DNA from: Nitrosomonadales bacterium
GTDB taxonomy: Bacteria; Pseudomonadota; Gammaproteobacteria; Burkholderiales; SG8-39
Length of the DNA: 64,000 bases
Reading direction: 5' to 3'
Assembly (NCBI GenBank): GCA_005240145.1
Contig: SBAS01000019.1
Coordinates: forward strand, 3,277-67,276
The notes beneath the pieces are model-generated. The model worked only from the letters and a program-made list of their open reading frames with translations, was not told the origin of the DNA and did not search any database. A program made the position numbers and the translations under genes. Below are positions 30,623 through 41,583 of this stretch, in pieces (within the stretch, counting starts at the first letter, position 1; every line of letters starts with the position of its first letter).

Positions 30623-32005
30623 ATGGTGACGTACTTCCAGGAAGCGGATCCGGCGCGCATCCTGGACGAGTACCCGATCGGCGATGCCTTCATGCACGGA
30701 CCCGCGCGGTTGGATGCGGTGGCGCTGCGCGCAGTGCAGGACCGTCGCTTCGCCGCGCTGATGCGGCGTGGCTGGGAGATCCCGTTCTACCGGCGGCTAT
30801 GGCGCGGCGCGGGGATAGAGCCGGGTGACATCAGGCGTGTCGATGACCTGGCGAAACTCCCCTGTTTTTCCAAGACCGACCTGATGGCGAGTGTGGAGGC
30901 GTATCCACCGTTCGGCGATTTTCATGGCATGGACGGGGCAGAAGGGCGGCGTAGCGTGGTGCTGCACACCACGAGCGGCACCACGGGCTCGCCGCAGCCG
31001 CTGTTCTTCGGCGCCTGGGACCGGGAAGTGCAGAACGCGCTGCTGGCGCGGGCCTATCTGTTACAAGGGATGACAGCGCGGGACGTGGTGCATTCCACCT
31101 ACGGCTTCGGCATGGTCAATGGCGGGCACTACATTCGCGAAGCGGTGACGCATTTCGTCGGGGCCTTGTGCCTGCCAGCGGGAACAGGCCTGGAGACGCG
31201 GTCCGAACAGCAGGTGGCATTGATGCTGCGTTTCGGCGCCACGGCGATGGTGGGCTTCGCGGACTATATTCTGAAGCTGGCAGCCATAGCGCGCGAGGCA
31301 GGACTGGAACCGGGACGCGACATTCCGATCCGGATGATCTCCGGCCATCTTGGCGCTGCTGGGCATGCCGCAATGGCGCAAGCCTGGCCGGGGTCAGCGG
31401 TGTACGACTGGTACGGTGTCGGCGATACCGGGGTCATCGCCGCTGAGGGGCCGGACCATGACGGGTTGTATGTCTGGGAAGACGCGCATCTGGTGGAAAT
31501 CCTGGACCCCGAGCGGCTGGTTCCCGTGGCGATGGGGGAGCGCGGCAATATCTGCGTGACCGTGTTGTTCAAGAACACGATCTATCCGGTGATTCGGTTT
31601 AATACCAACGATGTGTCATCGATACTTCCGGGACACGGCGGCATCGGCATCGGGTTTCGCCGACTCGCCGGTTTCCAGGGCCGCAGCGACAACATGGTGA
31701 AGCTGCGCGGCATCAGTGTGTATCCCACAGGCATCGGCGTGATTCTGAACGAGGTCGATGGCCTGAATGGCGAGTATGTCTGCCAGCTGGTGAACCGGGA
31801 TGGGCGGGAAGAGCTGATCGTGACAGCGGAAACCGGTGCGTCCGCCACAGGTGACATGGTGGCGTTGCAACGGCGTGTGCGTGATCTGTTGCGCCAGCGG
31901 CTCGGTGTGGCGGTATTCGTGGAACTGACACAGCCGGGCGGTACCGCGACACTCAGCCAGATCGATTCCCGGCAGAAGCCGATCCGATTGATCGACGAGC
32001 GATGA
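30623..32005 (+). CDS. Phenylacetate-CoA ligase-like (PaaK family) adenylate-forming enzyme
   Basis: HTTSGTTGSP, WEDAHLVEILDP and GRSDNMVKLRGISVYP motifs; GAGG Shine-Dalgarno before ATG 30623. Confidence 0.88.
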   Translation: MVTYFQEADPARILDEYPIGDAFMHGPARLDAVALRAVQDRRFAALMRRGWEIPFYRRLWRGAGIEPGDIRRVDDLAKLPCFSKTDLMASVEAYPPFGDFHGMDGAEGRRSVVLHTTSGTTGSPQPLFFGAWDREVQNALLARAYLLQGMTARDVVHSTYGFGMVNGGHYIREAVTHFVGALCLPAGTGLETRSEQQVALMLRFGATAMVGFADYILKLAAIAREAGLEPGRDIPIRMISGHLGAAGHAAMAQAWPGSAVYDWYGVGDTGVIAAEGPDHDGLYVWEDAHLVEILDPERLVPVAMGERGNICVTVLFKNTIYPVIRFNTNDVSSILPGHGGIGIGFRRLAGFQGRSDNMVKLRGISVYPTGIGVILNEVDGLNGEYVCQLVNRDGREELIVTAETGASATGDMVALQRRVRDLLRQRLGVAVFVELTQPGGTATLSQIDSRQKPIRLIDER

Positions 32006-32339
32006 GCGGCGTAAACGATTGGGCAGTTACAGCTGGCGCGGCCATTGCCACGGGGTGTTCCAGATCCCGGTGGCTGCCTGAATTACGAATTCGCCACCCA
32101 CAGGTTTGCGTCGCATGCGCACGGCCTTGCATGCGTCGAGCAACGCATTCCCCCCGCTGCAGGGGCTACCGCAAACGCAACAGTTACTGTGCGGTCTTGT
32201 AACAGGACGTAAGTACGCGAGCTGCGATGGGCGATGAAGCGATGCGCGTGCGCGAGGCGGCGGATGCTGCAGAGGAGCGGACGTGAACCGTGGCAGGATG
32301 TGGTAGGATGTGTACATTAACGCACGAGGAGTTCCGTCG

Positions 32340-32582
32340 ATGTCCACGACCATGACAATCCGCCTAGAAGATGCAGTCAGGGACCGCCTTGACCAGCTTG
32401 CCGAGGCGACCCAGCGCAGCAAGTCGTTCCTGGCCGCAGAAGCGATCCGCGCCTTCGTCGAAACCGACGAGTGGCAGATCGGCGAAATCCGCGCTGCGTT
32501 GCACGAGGCCGATGCCGGAGACTTTGCCAGTGACAAAGACGTTGCGGCGCTGTCCAGGAAATGGAAGGTGAGTGCGCGCTAA
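32340..32582 (+). CDS. CopG-family ribbon-helix-helix antitoxin
   Basis: MSTTMTIRL...RLDQLAEATQRSKSFLAAEAI...EADAGDFAS; GAGGAG Shine-Dalgarno. Confidence 0.9.
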   Translation: MSTTMTIRLEDAVRDRLDQLAEATQRSKSFLAAEAIRAFVETDEWQIGEIRAALHEADAGDFASDKDVAALSRKWKVSAR

Positions 32583-32877
32583 CGCACGAGTGCGTTCCGT
32601 TAAGTGGTTGCGCAAGGCCTTGCGCAATCTTGACGAGGAAGCCAGCTACATTGCGAGCGACGATGTGACGGCTGCGCGCCTGGTGGTGGAGCGGGTGGTC
32701 GGTGCGATGGCAATGCTTGCAGATCAACCCGGACTTGGGCGTCCTGGCCGTGTGCCCGGCACACGCGAACTGATTGTAAAGATGACGCGTTATATCGTGC
32801 CGTACCGTGTGCGGGGCGAGACGGTCGAACTCCTGCGGGTGTTCCACACCTCGAGACGTCTGCCTGAGAAGTGGTAG
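32572..32877 (+). CDS. Type II toxin, RelE/ParE family
   Basis: VKWLRKALRNLDEEASYIA...GRPGRVPGTREL...YIVPYRV...LRVFHTSR; start is GTG 32572 or 32590. Confidence 0.9.
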   Translation: MRANARVRSVKWLRKALRNLDEEASYIASDDVTAARLVVERVVGAMAMLADQPGLGRPGRVPGTRELIVKMTRYIVPYRVRGETVELLRVFHTSRRLPEKW

Positions 32878-32921
32878 AAAAAGCTAGCCGCCGCCCCCCC
32901 GGCAAGGGTGGGGGCGGCGGC
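32876..32921 (-). terminator. Intrinsic terminator downstream of ftsZ, possibly bidirectional
   Basis: 12-bp stem GCCGCCGCCCCC/GGGGGCGGCGGC (32887-32921) followed on the minus strand by TAGCTTTTTCT. Confidence 0.8.
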
Positions 32922-32938
32922 CCGTTCGCGAGCGCTTG

Positions 32939-34111
32939 CTAGTCCGCCTGCTTTCTCAGGAAAGCCGGGATGTCGTACTTCTCCACGCCGCTATTGGCGA
33001 GCGCCTCGACCTGCGCGGCGCGATCGCGCTTGCGGAACACCGCGGGTGTATCCGCCATCGCGTTGTAGTCCGGCGCCGTACCGGGCATGGTCATCGCCTG
33101 GTTATCGGTCCCGGTCTTCTGCGTCACGACCAGCTGCGGCTTGGACTGGCGCACGCCCATCGGCTGGCCAAGGCCGGTAGCGATCACGGTCACGCGCAGC
33201 TCTTCGCCGAGCGTGTCGTCGTAGACGCCGCCGTGGATGATGGTTGCATCCTCGGCCGCAAAGGCGCGGATGGTGTTCATCACTTCCTTGGTTTCGCGCA
33301 GCTTGAGGCTGTGGCGCGAAGCCGTGATGTTAACCAGCACGCCGCGCGCGCCGGCGAGGTTCACGCCTTCGAGCAACGGGCAGGCGATGGCCTGTTCCGC
33401 CGCGACCCGCGCCCGGTCGACGCCACTCACCGCGGCGGAGCCCATCATCGCCATGCCCTGTTCGGACATCACGGTGCGCACGTCCTGGAAGTCGACGTTG
33501 ACGACACCGTCGCGGTGGATGATGTCGACGATCCCGCCGACCGCGCCGCACAGTACGTTGTCCGCGGCAACGAAAGCCTCGACCTGGGTCACATCGTCGC
33601 CGAGCACCTCTTCGAGCTTGTCGTTGAGGATCACGATCAGCGAGTCGACATGCGGCGCGATTTCCTCGATGCCGGCTTCGGCGATCTTCATGCGCTTGGA
33701 GCCTTCCCAGGTGAACGGCTTGGTGACCACCGCCACCGTGAGGATGCCCAGCGAACGGGCGACCTCGGCGATGACCGGACCCGCGCCCGTACCGGTGCCG
33801 CCGCCCATGCCGGCGGTGACGAACACCATGTGCGAGCCCGCGATGGCCTCTTCGAGGCGCTCGCGGTCCGCGATCGCCGCGGAGCGCGCCTCCTCGGGTT
33901 TGGCCCCCGCGCCCAGCCCGCTGGTGCCGAGCTGGATCTGGTGGCGCGCCTTGTTCCTGCCGAGCACCTGCGCATCGGTGTTCACCGCAATGAACTCCAC
34001 GTTCTCCACACCCTGCTCGATCATGTGGTCGATCGCGTTGCCGCCGGCACCGCCGACGCCGATGACTTTGATCACCGGTCCTACTGAGCCTTCATTCACG
34101 ATTTCGAACAT
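32939..34111 (-). CDS. ftsZ: Cell division protein FtsZ
   Basis: IKVIGVGGAGGNA and AGMGGGTGTGAG motifs; C-terminal DIPAFLRKQAD. Confidence 0.98.
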   Translation of the reverse strand: MFEIVNEGSVGPVIKVIGVGGAGGNAIDHMIEQGVENVEFIAVNTDAQVLGRNKARHQIQLGTSGLGAGAKPEEARSAAIADRERLEEAIAGSHMVFVTAGMGGGTGTGAGPVIAEVARSLGILTVAVVTKPFTWEGSKRMKIAEAGIEEIAPHVDSLIVILNDKLEEVLGDDVTQVEAFVAADNVLCGAVGGIVDIIHRDGVVNVDFQDVRTVMSEQGMAMMGSAAVSGVDRARVAAEQAIACPLLEGVNLAGARGVLVNITASRHSLKLRETKEVMNTIRAFAAEDATIIHGGVYDDTLGEELRVTVIATGLGQPMGVRQSKPQLVVTQKTGTDNQAMTMPGTAPDYNAMADTPAVFRKRDRAAQVEALANSGVEKYDIPAFLRKQAD

Positions 34112-34139
34112 TTTTTTCTCCTTGCCGGTTGGACCAACA

Positions 34140-35369
34140 TCAAAAATTCCTCTGAAACCACTCGTGCATGCGGCCGAACACCGCGCGCACCGAACCGTTT
34201 TGCTTCGCCACGCGTCCCTGCTGCAGCTGGGAGGCGCCTTCGAACAGCAGGCCCATCGCCGTGGCGTAGCGCGGACTGCGCACCACTTCGGCAAGGCTGC
34301 CCTGGTACTTCGGCAGGCCGATGCGCACGGGCATGTGGAAGATCTCTTCGCCCAGCTCGACCATCCCTTGCATCATCGAGCTGCCGCCCGTGAGCACGAC
34401 CCCGGAGGACAGCAGCTCCTCGTAGCCCGATTCGCGCAGCACCTGCTGCACGAGAGAAAACAGCTCCTCGGCGCGCGGTTCGATCACTTCGGCGAGCGTC
34501 TGGCGCGACATGACGCGCGGCGCGCGCTCGCCGATGCCGGGCACCTCGATCATTTCGTTCGGGTCGGCGAGCTGGCGCAGCGCCACGCCGTGGCGCATCT
34601 TGATCGCCTCGGCCTCCGCGGTCGGCGTGCGCAGCGCCATGGCAATGTCGTTGGTGATCTGGTCGCCCGCGATCGGGATCACCGCGGTGTGGCGGATCGC
34701 GCCGTGCGTGAAGATCGCGAGGTCGGTCGTGCCGCCGCCGATGTCCACCAGGCAGACGCCGAGATCGCGTTCGTCCTGCGACAGCACCGCGCCGGCGGAA
34801 GCGAGCGGCTGCAGGATCAGGTCGTTCACGTCCAGGCCGCAGCGGCGCACGCACTTGACGATGTTCTGCGCCGCCGACACCGCGCCGGTGACGATGTGCA
34901 CCTTCACTTCCAGGCGCACGCCCGACATGCCCACCGGTTCGCGCACGTCCTCCTGCCCGTCGATGATGAATTCCTGACGCAGCACGTGCAGGATCTGCTG
35001 GTCGGTGGGGATGTTCACCGCCTTCGCCGTCTCGAGCGCGCGCTCGACGTCGATCGCGCTCACTTCGCGGTCCTTCACCGCCACCATGCCGGTGGAATTG
35101 AAACTGCGGATGTGGCTGCCGGCGATGCCGGTGAAGGCCGAGGCGATCTTGCAGTCGGCCATGAGCTCGGCTTCCTCCAGGGCGCGCTGGATGCCCGCGA
35201 CGGTGGCTTCGATGTTCACCACCACGCCCTTCTTGAGCCCCTTGGATTCATGGTTGCCCATGCCGAGCACCTGCAGCACGCCGTCGGGCCCGAGCTCGGC
35301 CACCAGCGCCACCACCTTGGAGGTGCCGATGTCCAGGCCGACGACGAGGTTGCGGCTTTCTTTCGCCAT
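34140..35369 (-). CDS. ftsA: Cell division protein FtsA
   Basis: GLDIGTSKV, VDIGGGTTD and VVLTGG motifs; amphipathic tail WFQRNF. Confidence 0.97.
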   Translation of the reverse strand: MAKESRNLVVGLDIGTSKVVALVAELGPDGVLQVLGMGNHESKGLKKGVVVNIEATVAGIQRALEEAELMADCKIASAFTGIAGSHIRSFNSTGMVAVKDREVSAIDVERALETAKAVNIPTDQQILHVLRQEFIIDGQEDVREPVGMSGVRLEVKVHIVTGAVSAAQNIVKCVRRCGLDVNDLILQPLASAGAVLSQDERDLGVCLVDIGGGTTDLAIFTHGAIRHTAVIPIAGDQITNDIAMALRTPTAEAEAIKMRHGVALRQLADPNEMIEVPGIGERAPRVMSRQTLAEVIEPRAEELFSLVQQVLRESGYEELLSSGVVLTGGSSMMQGMVELGEEIFHMPVRIGLPKYQGSLAEVVRSPRYATAMGLLFEGASQLQQGRVAKQNGSVRAVFGRMHEWFQRNF

Positions 35370-35373
35370 CGCC

Positions 35374-36138
35374 TCAGCCCCTCCACCCGGCGACGCGCAA
35401 GGCGAAGCCATTCGGATAGCGCAGGTCCACGAAGCGGTGCCCGGCGCCGCCGCGCGGCAGGCGTCCGACCGATTCTGGATAGGCGGTGACGAAGCGCGCG
35501 AGGCGCTGCTCGACCGGCTCGGCGCCGTCGCGGCCGAGTTCCAGGTTCAGGCCGCGGTGCTCGCCCCCCGCCAGGCGCAGCTGCCAGGCGTGGCGCGGCG
35601 TGAGGACCACGCGCTCGGGGCTCGCGCCCAGCGGCGCGAGCAGCGCGACGAAGCGCCGGTAGCGGCGCGCGACCTCGGCTTCGCTGCCCGCCGGGCCGGC
35701 GAACAGCGGCAACTGCGCCGCGGCGCCCCTCTCCAGCGGCGCCGCAAAGGGCTCGCCGAAGGTGTTCACCAGGCCGCGCTGCTGGAGGTCGTCCGCGACA
35801 TGGTTCCAGCGCGCGAAGGCGACATGCTCTTCGAACGTGACTTCGATGCGGTCCGGCCAGACGCGGCGCAGATCCACGCGCCGCACCCAGGTGACCTGCT
35901 CGAGGCGTTCGCGCACCGCGGCGAGGTCGAGCGCGAAGAAATTGCCGCCGGTGCCATCCACCGCGTTCTCGATCTCGGCCGCCGCGGCGTTGTTCAGCTC
36001 GCCCCGCACCACGATTTCCTTCAGCGGGAACAGCGGCGAGCGCAGCAGCAGCTGCAGGCCGGCGAAGACAAACAGCAGCGCCGCAACGCCGGTGAGGGTA
36101 TTGGCCGCAAGATTCAAAAGCCGGGGGTTATCCCACAT
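35374..36138 (-). CDS. ftsQ: Cell division protein FtsQ
   Basis: TM segment, POTRA region ([13 protein letters not shown]) and C-terminal DLRYPNGFA. Confidence 0.95.
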   Translation of the reverse strand: MWDNPRLLNLAANTLTGVAALLFVFAGLQLLLRSPLFPLKEIVVRGELNNAAAAEIENAVDGTGGNFFALDLAAVRERLEQVTWVRRVDLRRVWPDRIEVTFEEHVAFARWNHVADDLQQRGLVNTFGEPFAAPLERGAAAQLPLFAGPAGSEAEVARRYRRFVALLAPLGASPERVVLTPRHAWQLRLAGGEHRGLNLELGRDGAEPVEQRLARFVTAYPESVGRLPRGGAGHRFVDLRYPNGFALRVAGWRG

Positions 36139-37051
36139 GGGAACCCTCAAGAATCTTCACGCACAGGTCCTCGTAGGAAATTCCCACCGCCTTTGCCGCC
36201 ATGGGGACCAGGCTGTGGCTCGTCATGCCAGGCGCGGTGTTCGCTTCGAGCAGCCAGGGATCGCCCTTGGCGTCGAGCATCAGGTCGACACGTCCCCAGC
36301 CCGAACCACCCACCAGCTGGAAAGCCTTGAGCGAGAGCGCCTTGAGCGCCTCTTCCTTCTGCGCCGGCAGGCCACAGGGACAGTGGTACTGCGTGTCGTC
36401 GGTGAAGTACTTGGCCTGGTAGTCGTAGTTGCCCTGCGGCGCGTCGATGCGGATGAGCGGCAGCGCCGCATCGCCGACGATGCTCGCGGTGTATTCCGGT
36501 CCCTCGACGAGCTTCTCGGCCATCACGACGCGGTCGTAGTTGACGGCGAGCGCATAGGCTTCGTCGAGCTCGTCCACCGCGCGCACCTTGGTGATGCCGA
36601 TCGAGGAGCCTTCGTTCACCGGCTTGACGACGAGCGGCAGGCCGAGCCTAGAGGCAGCGGCGCGCAGATCGCCCTCTGCGCTGAGATACTCGCTGGGCGG
36701 CGTCGGCAGTCCGCTCGCCGTCCAGACGAGTTTCGCGCGCACCTTGTCCATGGCAAGCGCCGAGCCGAGCACGCCGCTGCCGGTATAGGGCACGCCCAGG
36801 ACTTGCAGCACGCCCTGCACGGTGCCGTCCTCGCCGCCGCGGCCGTGCAGCGCGATGAAGCAGCGCTCGAAGCCATCCCGCTTGAGCTCGAACAGGTCGC
36901 GCTCGGCCGGATCGAAGGCGTGCGCGTCCACGCCCCTGGATTTGAGCGCCTTCAACACGCCGTTGCCGCTCAGGAGCGAGATCTCGCGCTCGGCGGAATT
37001 GCCCCCCATCAGCACGGCGACCCTGCCCAGGCCCGGGCGCGCGGCGCTCAC
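36128..37051 (-). CDS. ddl: D-alanine-D-alanine ligase
   Basis: [36 protein letters not shown] and [10 protein letters not shown] motifs. Confidence 0.97.
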   Translation of the reverse strand: MSAARPGLGRVAVLMGGNSAEREISLLSGNGVLKALKSRGVDAHAFDPAERDLFELKRDGFERCFIALHGRGGEDGTVQGVLQVLGVPYTGSGVLGSALAMDKVRAKLVWTASGLPTPPSEYLSAEGDLRAAASRLGLPLVVKPVNEGSSIGITKVRAVDELDEAYALAVNYDRVVMAEKLVEGPEYTASIVGDAALPLIRIDAPQGNYDYQAKYFTDDTQYHCPCGLPAQKEEALKALSLKAFQLVGGSGWGRVDLMLDAKGDPWLLEANTAPGMTSHSLVPMAAKAVGISYEDLCVKILEGSHVG

Positions 37052-37971
37052 GGCGCCTCCCCGACGATGCGCACTTCGGGAACCAGGCGCACGTCGGTCT
37101 TTTCTTCGACCACCGCCTGGACGTGAAGGATCAGGTTCTCGATGTCGGCGGCGCTGCCCGCGCCGCCCGGATTGACGATGAAATTGGCGTGCTTTTCCGA
37201 CACCCACGCGCCGCCGATCGCGTGCTTGCGCAGCCCTGCGATCTGGATCAGGCGTGCCGCGGGCTTGCCTTCGGGCGGATTGCGGAACACGCTGCCCGCG
37301 TTCGGCAGCTGCAGCGGCTGCGTCGAGCGGCGCTTGGTGAGCAGCGCCTGCATGATGGCGCGCGATTCCTCGCGGTCGCCTTCGGGCAGGCGCAAATGCG
37401 CCGAGGCGAACCATTCGTCGCCGTCGCTGCTCGCGTCGGTCTTGAGCTCGCAGTGGCGGTAGCCGAATTCGAACTCTTCCCTGGCGCGGCGGCGCAGCTG
37501 GCCGCGCCGGTTGATGGTCACGACGCGCTCGACGATGTCCCAGGTCTCGCCGCCATAGCAGCCGGCGTTGCCCGCGAGCGCGCCGCCGACGGTGCCGGGA
37601 ATTCCCGTGAGCCACTCCGCACTGCCCAGGTTCTGGTCGGCGGCGAAGCGCGCCAGGCGCGGGCAGGCGACGCCGGCCTCCGCATACAGCAGCCCGTCTT
37701 CCATGCGCGGGCGCTTGCTCGCGGCATAGGTGAGGATCACCGTGCCGCGCCACCCGCCTTCGCGCACGAGCAGGTTCGAGCCCAGGCCGACAAACAGGAT
37801 CGGCTCTTCGGGCGGCAGCTGGCCGAGGAACGCGGAGAGGTCCTCCAGATCCGCCGGGGCGAAGAAGCGGTCCGCGGGACCACCAGCCTTCCAGCTCACG
37901 TGGCGCGACATCGGTTCGTCGCGCCGCAGCGCGCCGCGCAGGCCCTGGAACTGGATGTTCTCGATACTCAT
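37048..37971 (-). CDS. murB: UDP-N-acetylenolpyruvoylglucosamine reductase
   Basis: [25 protein letters not shown] and [10 protein letters not shown] motifs. Confidence 0.96.
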   Translation of the reverse strand: MSIENIQFQGLRGALRRDEPMSRHVSWKAGGPADRFFAPADLEDLSAFLGQLPPEEPILFVGLGSNLLVREGGWRGTVILTYAASKRPRMEDGLLYAEAGVACPRLARFAADQNLGSAEWLTGIPGTVGGALAGNAGCYGGETWDIVERVVTINRRGQLRRRAREEFEFGYRHCELKTDASSDGDEWFASAHLRLPEGDREESRAIMQALLTKRRSTQPLQLPNAGSVFRNPPEGKPAARLIQIAGLRKHAIGGAWVSEKHANFIVNPGGAGSAADIENLILHVQAVVEEKTDVRLVPEVRIVGEAP

Positions 37972-39356
37972 GAAAGCTGCGCCGCCACGTTGCCGATCGA
38001 ACCCGCGCCCATCGTGAGCACGACGTCGCCGTCGCGCGCCACGCCCCTGATGCCATCGGCCATCCGGCCGATGTCCTCGACGAACAGCGGCTCCAGCTTG
38101 CCGGCGGCGCGCACCGCGCGCGCGAGCGACCTGCCGTCGGCGGCCGCGATGACCGGTTCGCCGGCCGCATAGACGTCGGCGAGCACCAGCGCATCGGCGC
38201 TCGAGAGCACTCTTACGAAGTCCTCGAACAGGTCGCGCGTGCGGCTGTAGCGGTGCGGCTGGAACGCCAGCACCAGGCGCCGGCCGGGAAACGCGCCGCG
38301 CGCCGCGGCGATCGTCGCCGCCATCTCGGCCGGGTGGTGGCCATAGTCGTCCACCAGCGTGAAGCACCCGCTCGCCGGTTTGCCTGCGTTGAGCGCGATT
38401 TCGCCGCAGCGCTGGAAACGCCGGCCCACGCCGCGGAATTCGGCCAGCGCCTTGAGGATCGATGCCTCGGGGATGCCGACTTCCAGGCCAATGGCGATCG
38501 CCGCGAGCGAATTGAGCACGTTGTGGTGGCCGGGCAGGTTCAGCGTGGCAGCCATCGGCTGCGCGCCGGCGCGCCGCACACTGAAGCGCATCGTTCCCGC
38601 CGCGTGCTCGATGCCTTCGGCGCGCACCATCGCGTCGGCGGCGGTGCCATAGGTCACCGCGGACTTGGAGACGAACGGCAGGATCTCGCGCACGTGCGGG
38701 TCGTCCACGCACAGCACCGCGCTGCCGTAGAAGGGCAGGTTCTGCAGAAACCGGATGAAGGCCTGCTTCAGGCGCGCGAAATCGTGCTGGTAGGTCTCCA
38801 TATGGTCGGCGTCGATGTTGGTGACCACCGCATGCACCGGCTGCAGGTGCAGGAAGCTCGCATCCGACTCGTCGGCCTCGACGACGATGAAGTCGCCCGC
38901 GCCGAGGCGGGCGTTCGATCCGGCGGCGTTCAACCGACCGCCGATGACGAAGGTCGGATCCATGCCACCTTCGGCGAGCACGCTCGCCACCAGGCTGGTG
39001 GTGGTGGTCTTGCCGTGCGTGCCGGCGATTGCGATGCCCTGCTTGAGCCGCATCAACTCCGCCAGCATCAGCGCGCGCGGCACCACCGGGATGCGCCGTT
39101 CGCGCGCAGCGGCCACCTCGGGGTTGTCGCCCTTTACCGCGGTGGACACCACTACGGCGTCGGCGCCCTCGATGTTGCACTTGTCGTGCTTGAGCATGAT
39201 CTGCGCACCCAGCTGCGCGAGGCGGCGCGTCGCCGCGTTCTGCGCCAGGTCCGAGCCGCTGACCTTGAAGCCGAGGTTGACCAGCACTTCGGCGATGCCG
39301 CTCATGCCCGAACCGCCGATGCCGACAAAATGGATGCGCCGCAGCTTGTGCTTCAT
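37968..39356 (-). CDS. murC: UDP-N-acetylmuramate-L-alanine ligase
   Basis: [34 protein letters not shown] and FQPHRYSRT motifs. Confidence 0.97.
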   Translation of the reverse strand: MKHKLRRIHFVGIGGSGMSGIAEVLVNLGFKVSGSDLAQNAATRRLAQLGAQIMLKHDKCNIEGADAVVVSTAVKGDNPEVAAARERRIPVVPRALMLAELMRLKQGIAIAGTHGKTTTTSLVASVLAEGGMDPTFVIGGRLNAAGSNARLGAGDFIVVEADESDASFLHLQPVHAVVTNIDADHMETYQHDFARLKQAFIRFLQNLPFYGSAVLCVDDPHVREILPFVSKSAVTYGTAADAMVRAEGIEHAAGTMRFSVRRAGAQPMAATLNLPGHHNVLNSLAAIAIGLEVGIPEASILKALAEFRGVGRRFQRCGEIALNAGKPASGCFTLVDDYGHHPAEMAATIAAARGAFPGRRLVLAFQPHRYSRTRDLFEDFVRVLSSADALVLADVYAAGEPVIAAADGRSLARAVRAAGKLEPLFVEDIGRMADGIRGVARDGDVVLTMGAGSIGNVAAQLS

Positions 39357-40426
39357 GCGGATTGCCCGGGCACGAGCTGCGCGCAACGATCGGCCACGAC
39401 CCTGGCCGCATCGGGTTTTCCCAGCAACCTGGCCTTCTCCGCCATTGCCACCAGCGCCTTGCGATCGAGCGAGCGCAGGAGGCCGGCAAGGTTTTCCGGG
39501 GTGAGTTTTTCCTGCGCCAGCAGGATCGCCGCGCCCCGCTCCGAGAGAAAGCGCGCGTTGGCGCTCTGGTGGTCGTCCACCGCGTGGGGAAACGGCACCA
39601 GCACGCTCGCCATGCCGCCCGCCGAGAGCTCGGCGATGGTCATCGCGCCAGCGCGGCAGATGACGAGGTCGGCTTCGGCGTAGCGCCGCGCCATGTCGTC
39701 GATGAAGCTGAGCAGTTCGCCCTGGATGTTTTCCTTGGCGTAGTTCTTTTGCAGGTGGTCCAGGTTCCTCTCCCCGGCCTGGTGCACGACGAGCGGCCTC
39801 TCGGCCAAAGGCAGGAGCGCCAGTGCCTGTGGCAGGGCATCGTTCAGCGCCTGGGCGCCCTGGCTGCCGCCAACCACCAGCAGGCGCAGCGGCCCGCTGC
39901 GGCCCGCGTAGCGCGCCGCGGGTTGCGCGATGGCCGCAATGTCGGCGCGCACCGGGTTACCGGTCCACTCGGCGTTCTTGAGCGCATGCGGAAAAGCCGT
40001 GAGCGCCTTGTCGGCAATGCCCGCAAGAACGCGGTTGGTCAGTCCGGCGATCGCGTTCTGCTCGTGTACCGCGAGCGGCCGGGCGAGGAGCGAGGCCATC
40101 ATGCCGCCGGGAAATGCGACATAGCCGCCCATGCCGAGGACGACGTCGGGGCGGATGCGGAATATTGCGCGCGCGCTCTGCCAGAAGCCGATCAGCAGGG
40201 TGAGCGGCAGCCACAGCTTCGCCGCAAAGCCCTTGCCGCGCAGCGCCGCGGCGCGGATCCACTCCACCGGGTAGCCGCGCGCGGGAATCAGCCGGGCTTC
40301 CATGCCGCTGCGCGCGCCCATCCAGACGACGTTCCAGCCGCGGCTGCGCATCTCGTCGGCGACCGCCAGGCCTGGGAACACGTGGCCCCCGGTGCCTCCT
40401 GCCATGATTAGGATTGTTCTACTCAT
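39353..40426 (-). CDS. murG: Lipid II GlcNAc transferase MurG
   Basis: [30 protein letters not shown] and DDHQ motifs. Confidence 0.97.
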   Translation of the reverse strand: MSRTILIMAGGTGGHVFPGLAVADEMRSRGWNVVWMGARSGMEARLIPARGYPVEWIRAAALRGKGFAAKLWLPLTLLIGFWQSARAIFRIRPDVVLGMGGYVAFPGGMMASLLARPLAVHEQNAIAGLTNRVLAGIADKALTAFPHALKNAEWTGNPVRADIAAIAQPAARYAGRSGPLRLLVVGGSQGAQALNDALPQALALLPLAERPLVVHQAGERNLDHLQKNYAKENIQGELLSFIDDMARRYAEADLVICRAGAMTIAELSAGGMASVLVPFPHAVDDHQSANARFLSERGAAILLAQEKLTPENLAGLLRSLDRKALVAMAEKARLLGKPDAARVVADRCAQLVPGQSA

Positions 40427-41583
40427 GCGTTCAAACCCCGCGCTAGCTGGCGGTTCTCCCAGTCGATGCGGATCAGGATTGCGATCGCCACGCAGTTCAC
40501 GATGAGCCCCGAGCCGCCGAAACTCATGAGCGGCAGCGTCAGCCCCTTGGTAGGCAGGAGGCCCGTGTTCACGCCCATGTTGATGAGCGCCTGGAAGCCG
40601 ATCCAGATGCCTATGCCCTGCGCCACAAGCGCGGCAAAGTAGCGCTCGCGCATTGCTGCCTGGCGGCCGATGGCGAAGGCGCGCAGCACCACCCAGACGA
40701 AGAGCGTGATCACCAGCACGACGCCTGCGAGGCCCAGTTCCTCGGCGATCACGGCGAGCAGGAAATCCGTGTGCGCCTCGGGCAGGTAGTGCAGTTTCTC
40801 GATGCTCGCGCCCAGCCCTACGCCCAGCCACTCGCCGCGGCCGAACGCGATCAGCGCGTGCGACAGCTGGTAGCCCTTGCCGTAGGCGTCCGACCAGGGG
40901 TCCATGAAGCCGAAGATGCGCTGCATGCGGTAAGGCGACGACAGCACCAGTCCCGCGAAGCCCACCGCGAGCATGCCGACCAGCGCCGTGAAATGCCGGC
41001 CATTCATGCCGCCGACGAAGAGCACGCCGAACGCGCTCACCGCGACGACGACGAAGGCGCCGAAGTCCGGCTCGCGCAGCAGCAGCCAGGCCACCGCCAG
41101 CATCACGCCCAGCATCGGCAGCAGGCCGCGCTTGAAATTCTTCAGCACCGCGTGCTTGCGCACCGTGTAATCGGCGGCATAAAGCACCACCGCGAGCTTC
41201 ATGAGCTCGGATGGCTGCATGTTGACCAGGCCCAGGTTGAGCCAGCGCCGCGCGCCGTTCACCTCGCGCCCGATGCCCGGGATCAGCACCAGCACCAGCA
41301 GCACGATGCAGGCGCCGAAATACCACGGCGCGGCCTTCTGCCAGATGCGCACCGGGACGAGGAACACCGCGGTCGCCGCGCACAGCGCCAGCGCGAGGAA
41401 CAGGCCGTGCCGCTGCAGGAAGTAGGCGGAATTGTTGCCCGTGTAGCGGCCCGCTTCCGCGGTCGCGATCGACGAGGAGTACACCATCACCAGGCCGAGC
41501 GAAAGCAGCAGCAGCGCGCCCCAGGCGAGGGAGCGGTCGTACTCCGTCGCGGTCTTGTTTTGGGCGAAAACAAGGCTATTCAT
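40423..41583 (-). CDS. ftsW: SEDS peptidoglycan polymerase FtsW
   Basis: [26 protein letters not shown] and [15 protein letters not shown] motifs. Confidence 0.97.
   Translation of the reverse strand: MNSLVFAQNKTATEYDRSLAWGALLLLSLGLVMVYSSSIATAEAGRYTGNNSAYFLQRHGLFLALALCAATAVFLVPVRIWQKAAPWYFGACIVLLVLVLIPGIGREVNGARRWLNLGLVNMQPSELMKLAVVLYAADYTVRKHAVLKNFKRGLLPMLGVMLAVAWLLLREPDFGAFVVVAVSAFGVLFVGGMNGRHFTALVGMLAVGFAGLVLSSPYRMQRIFGFMDPWSDAYGKGYQLSHALIAFGRGEWLGVGLGASIEKLHYLPEAHTDFLLAVIAEELGLAGVVLVITLFVWVVLRAFAIGRQAAMRERYFAALVAQGIGIWIGFQALINMGVNTGLLPTKGLTLPLMSFGGSGLIVNCVAIAILIRIDWENRQLARGLNA

Noticed and set aside
37048-37971. murB located inside the dcw cluster
   Set aside because: This is a known ancestral arrangement in many lineages, useful only as a taxonomic hint.
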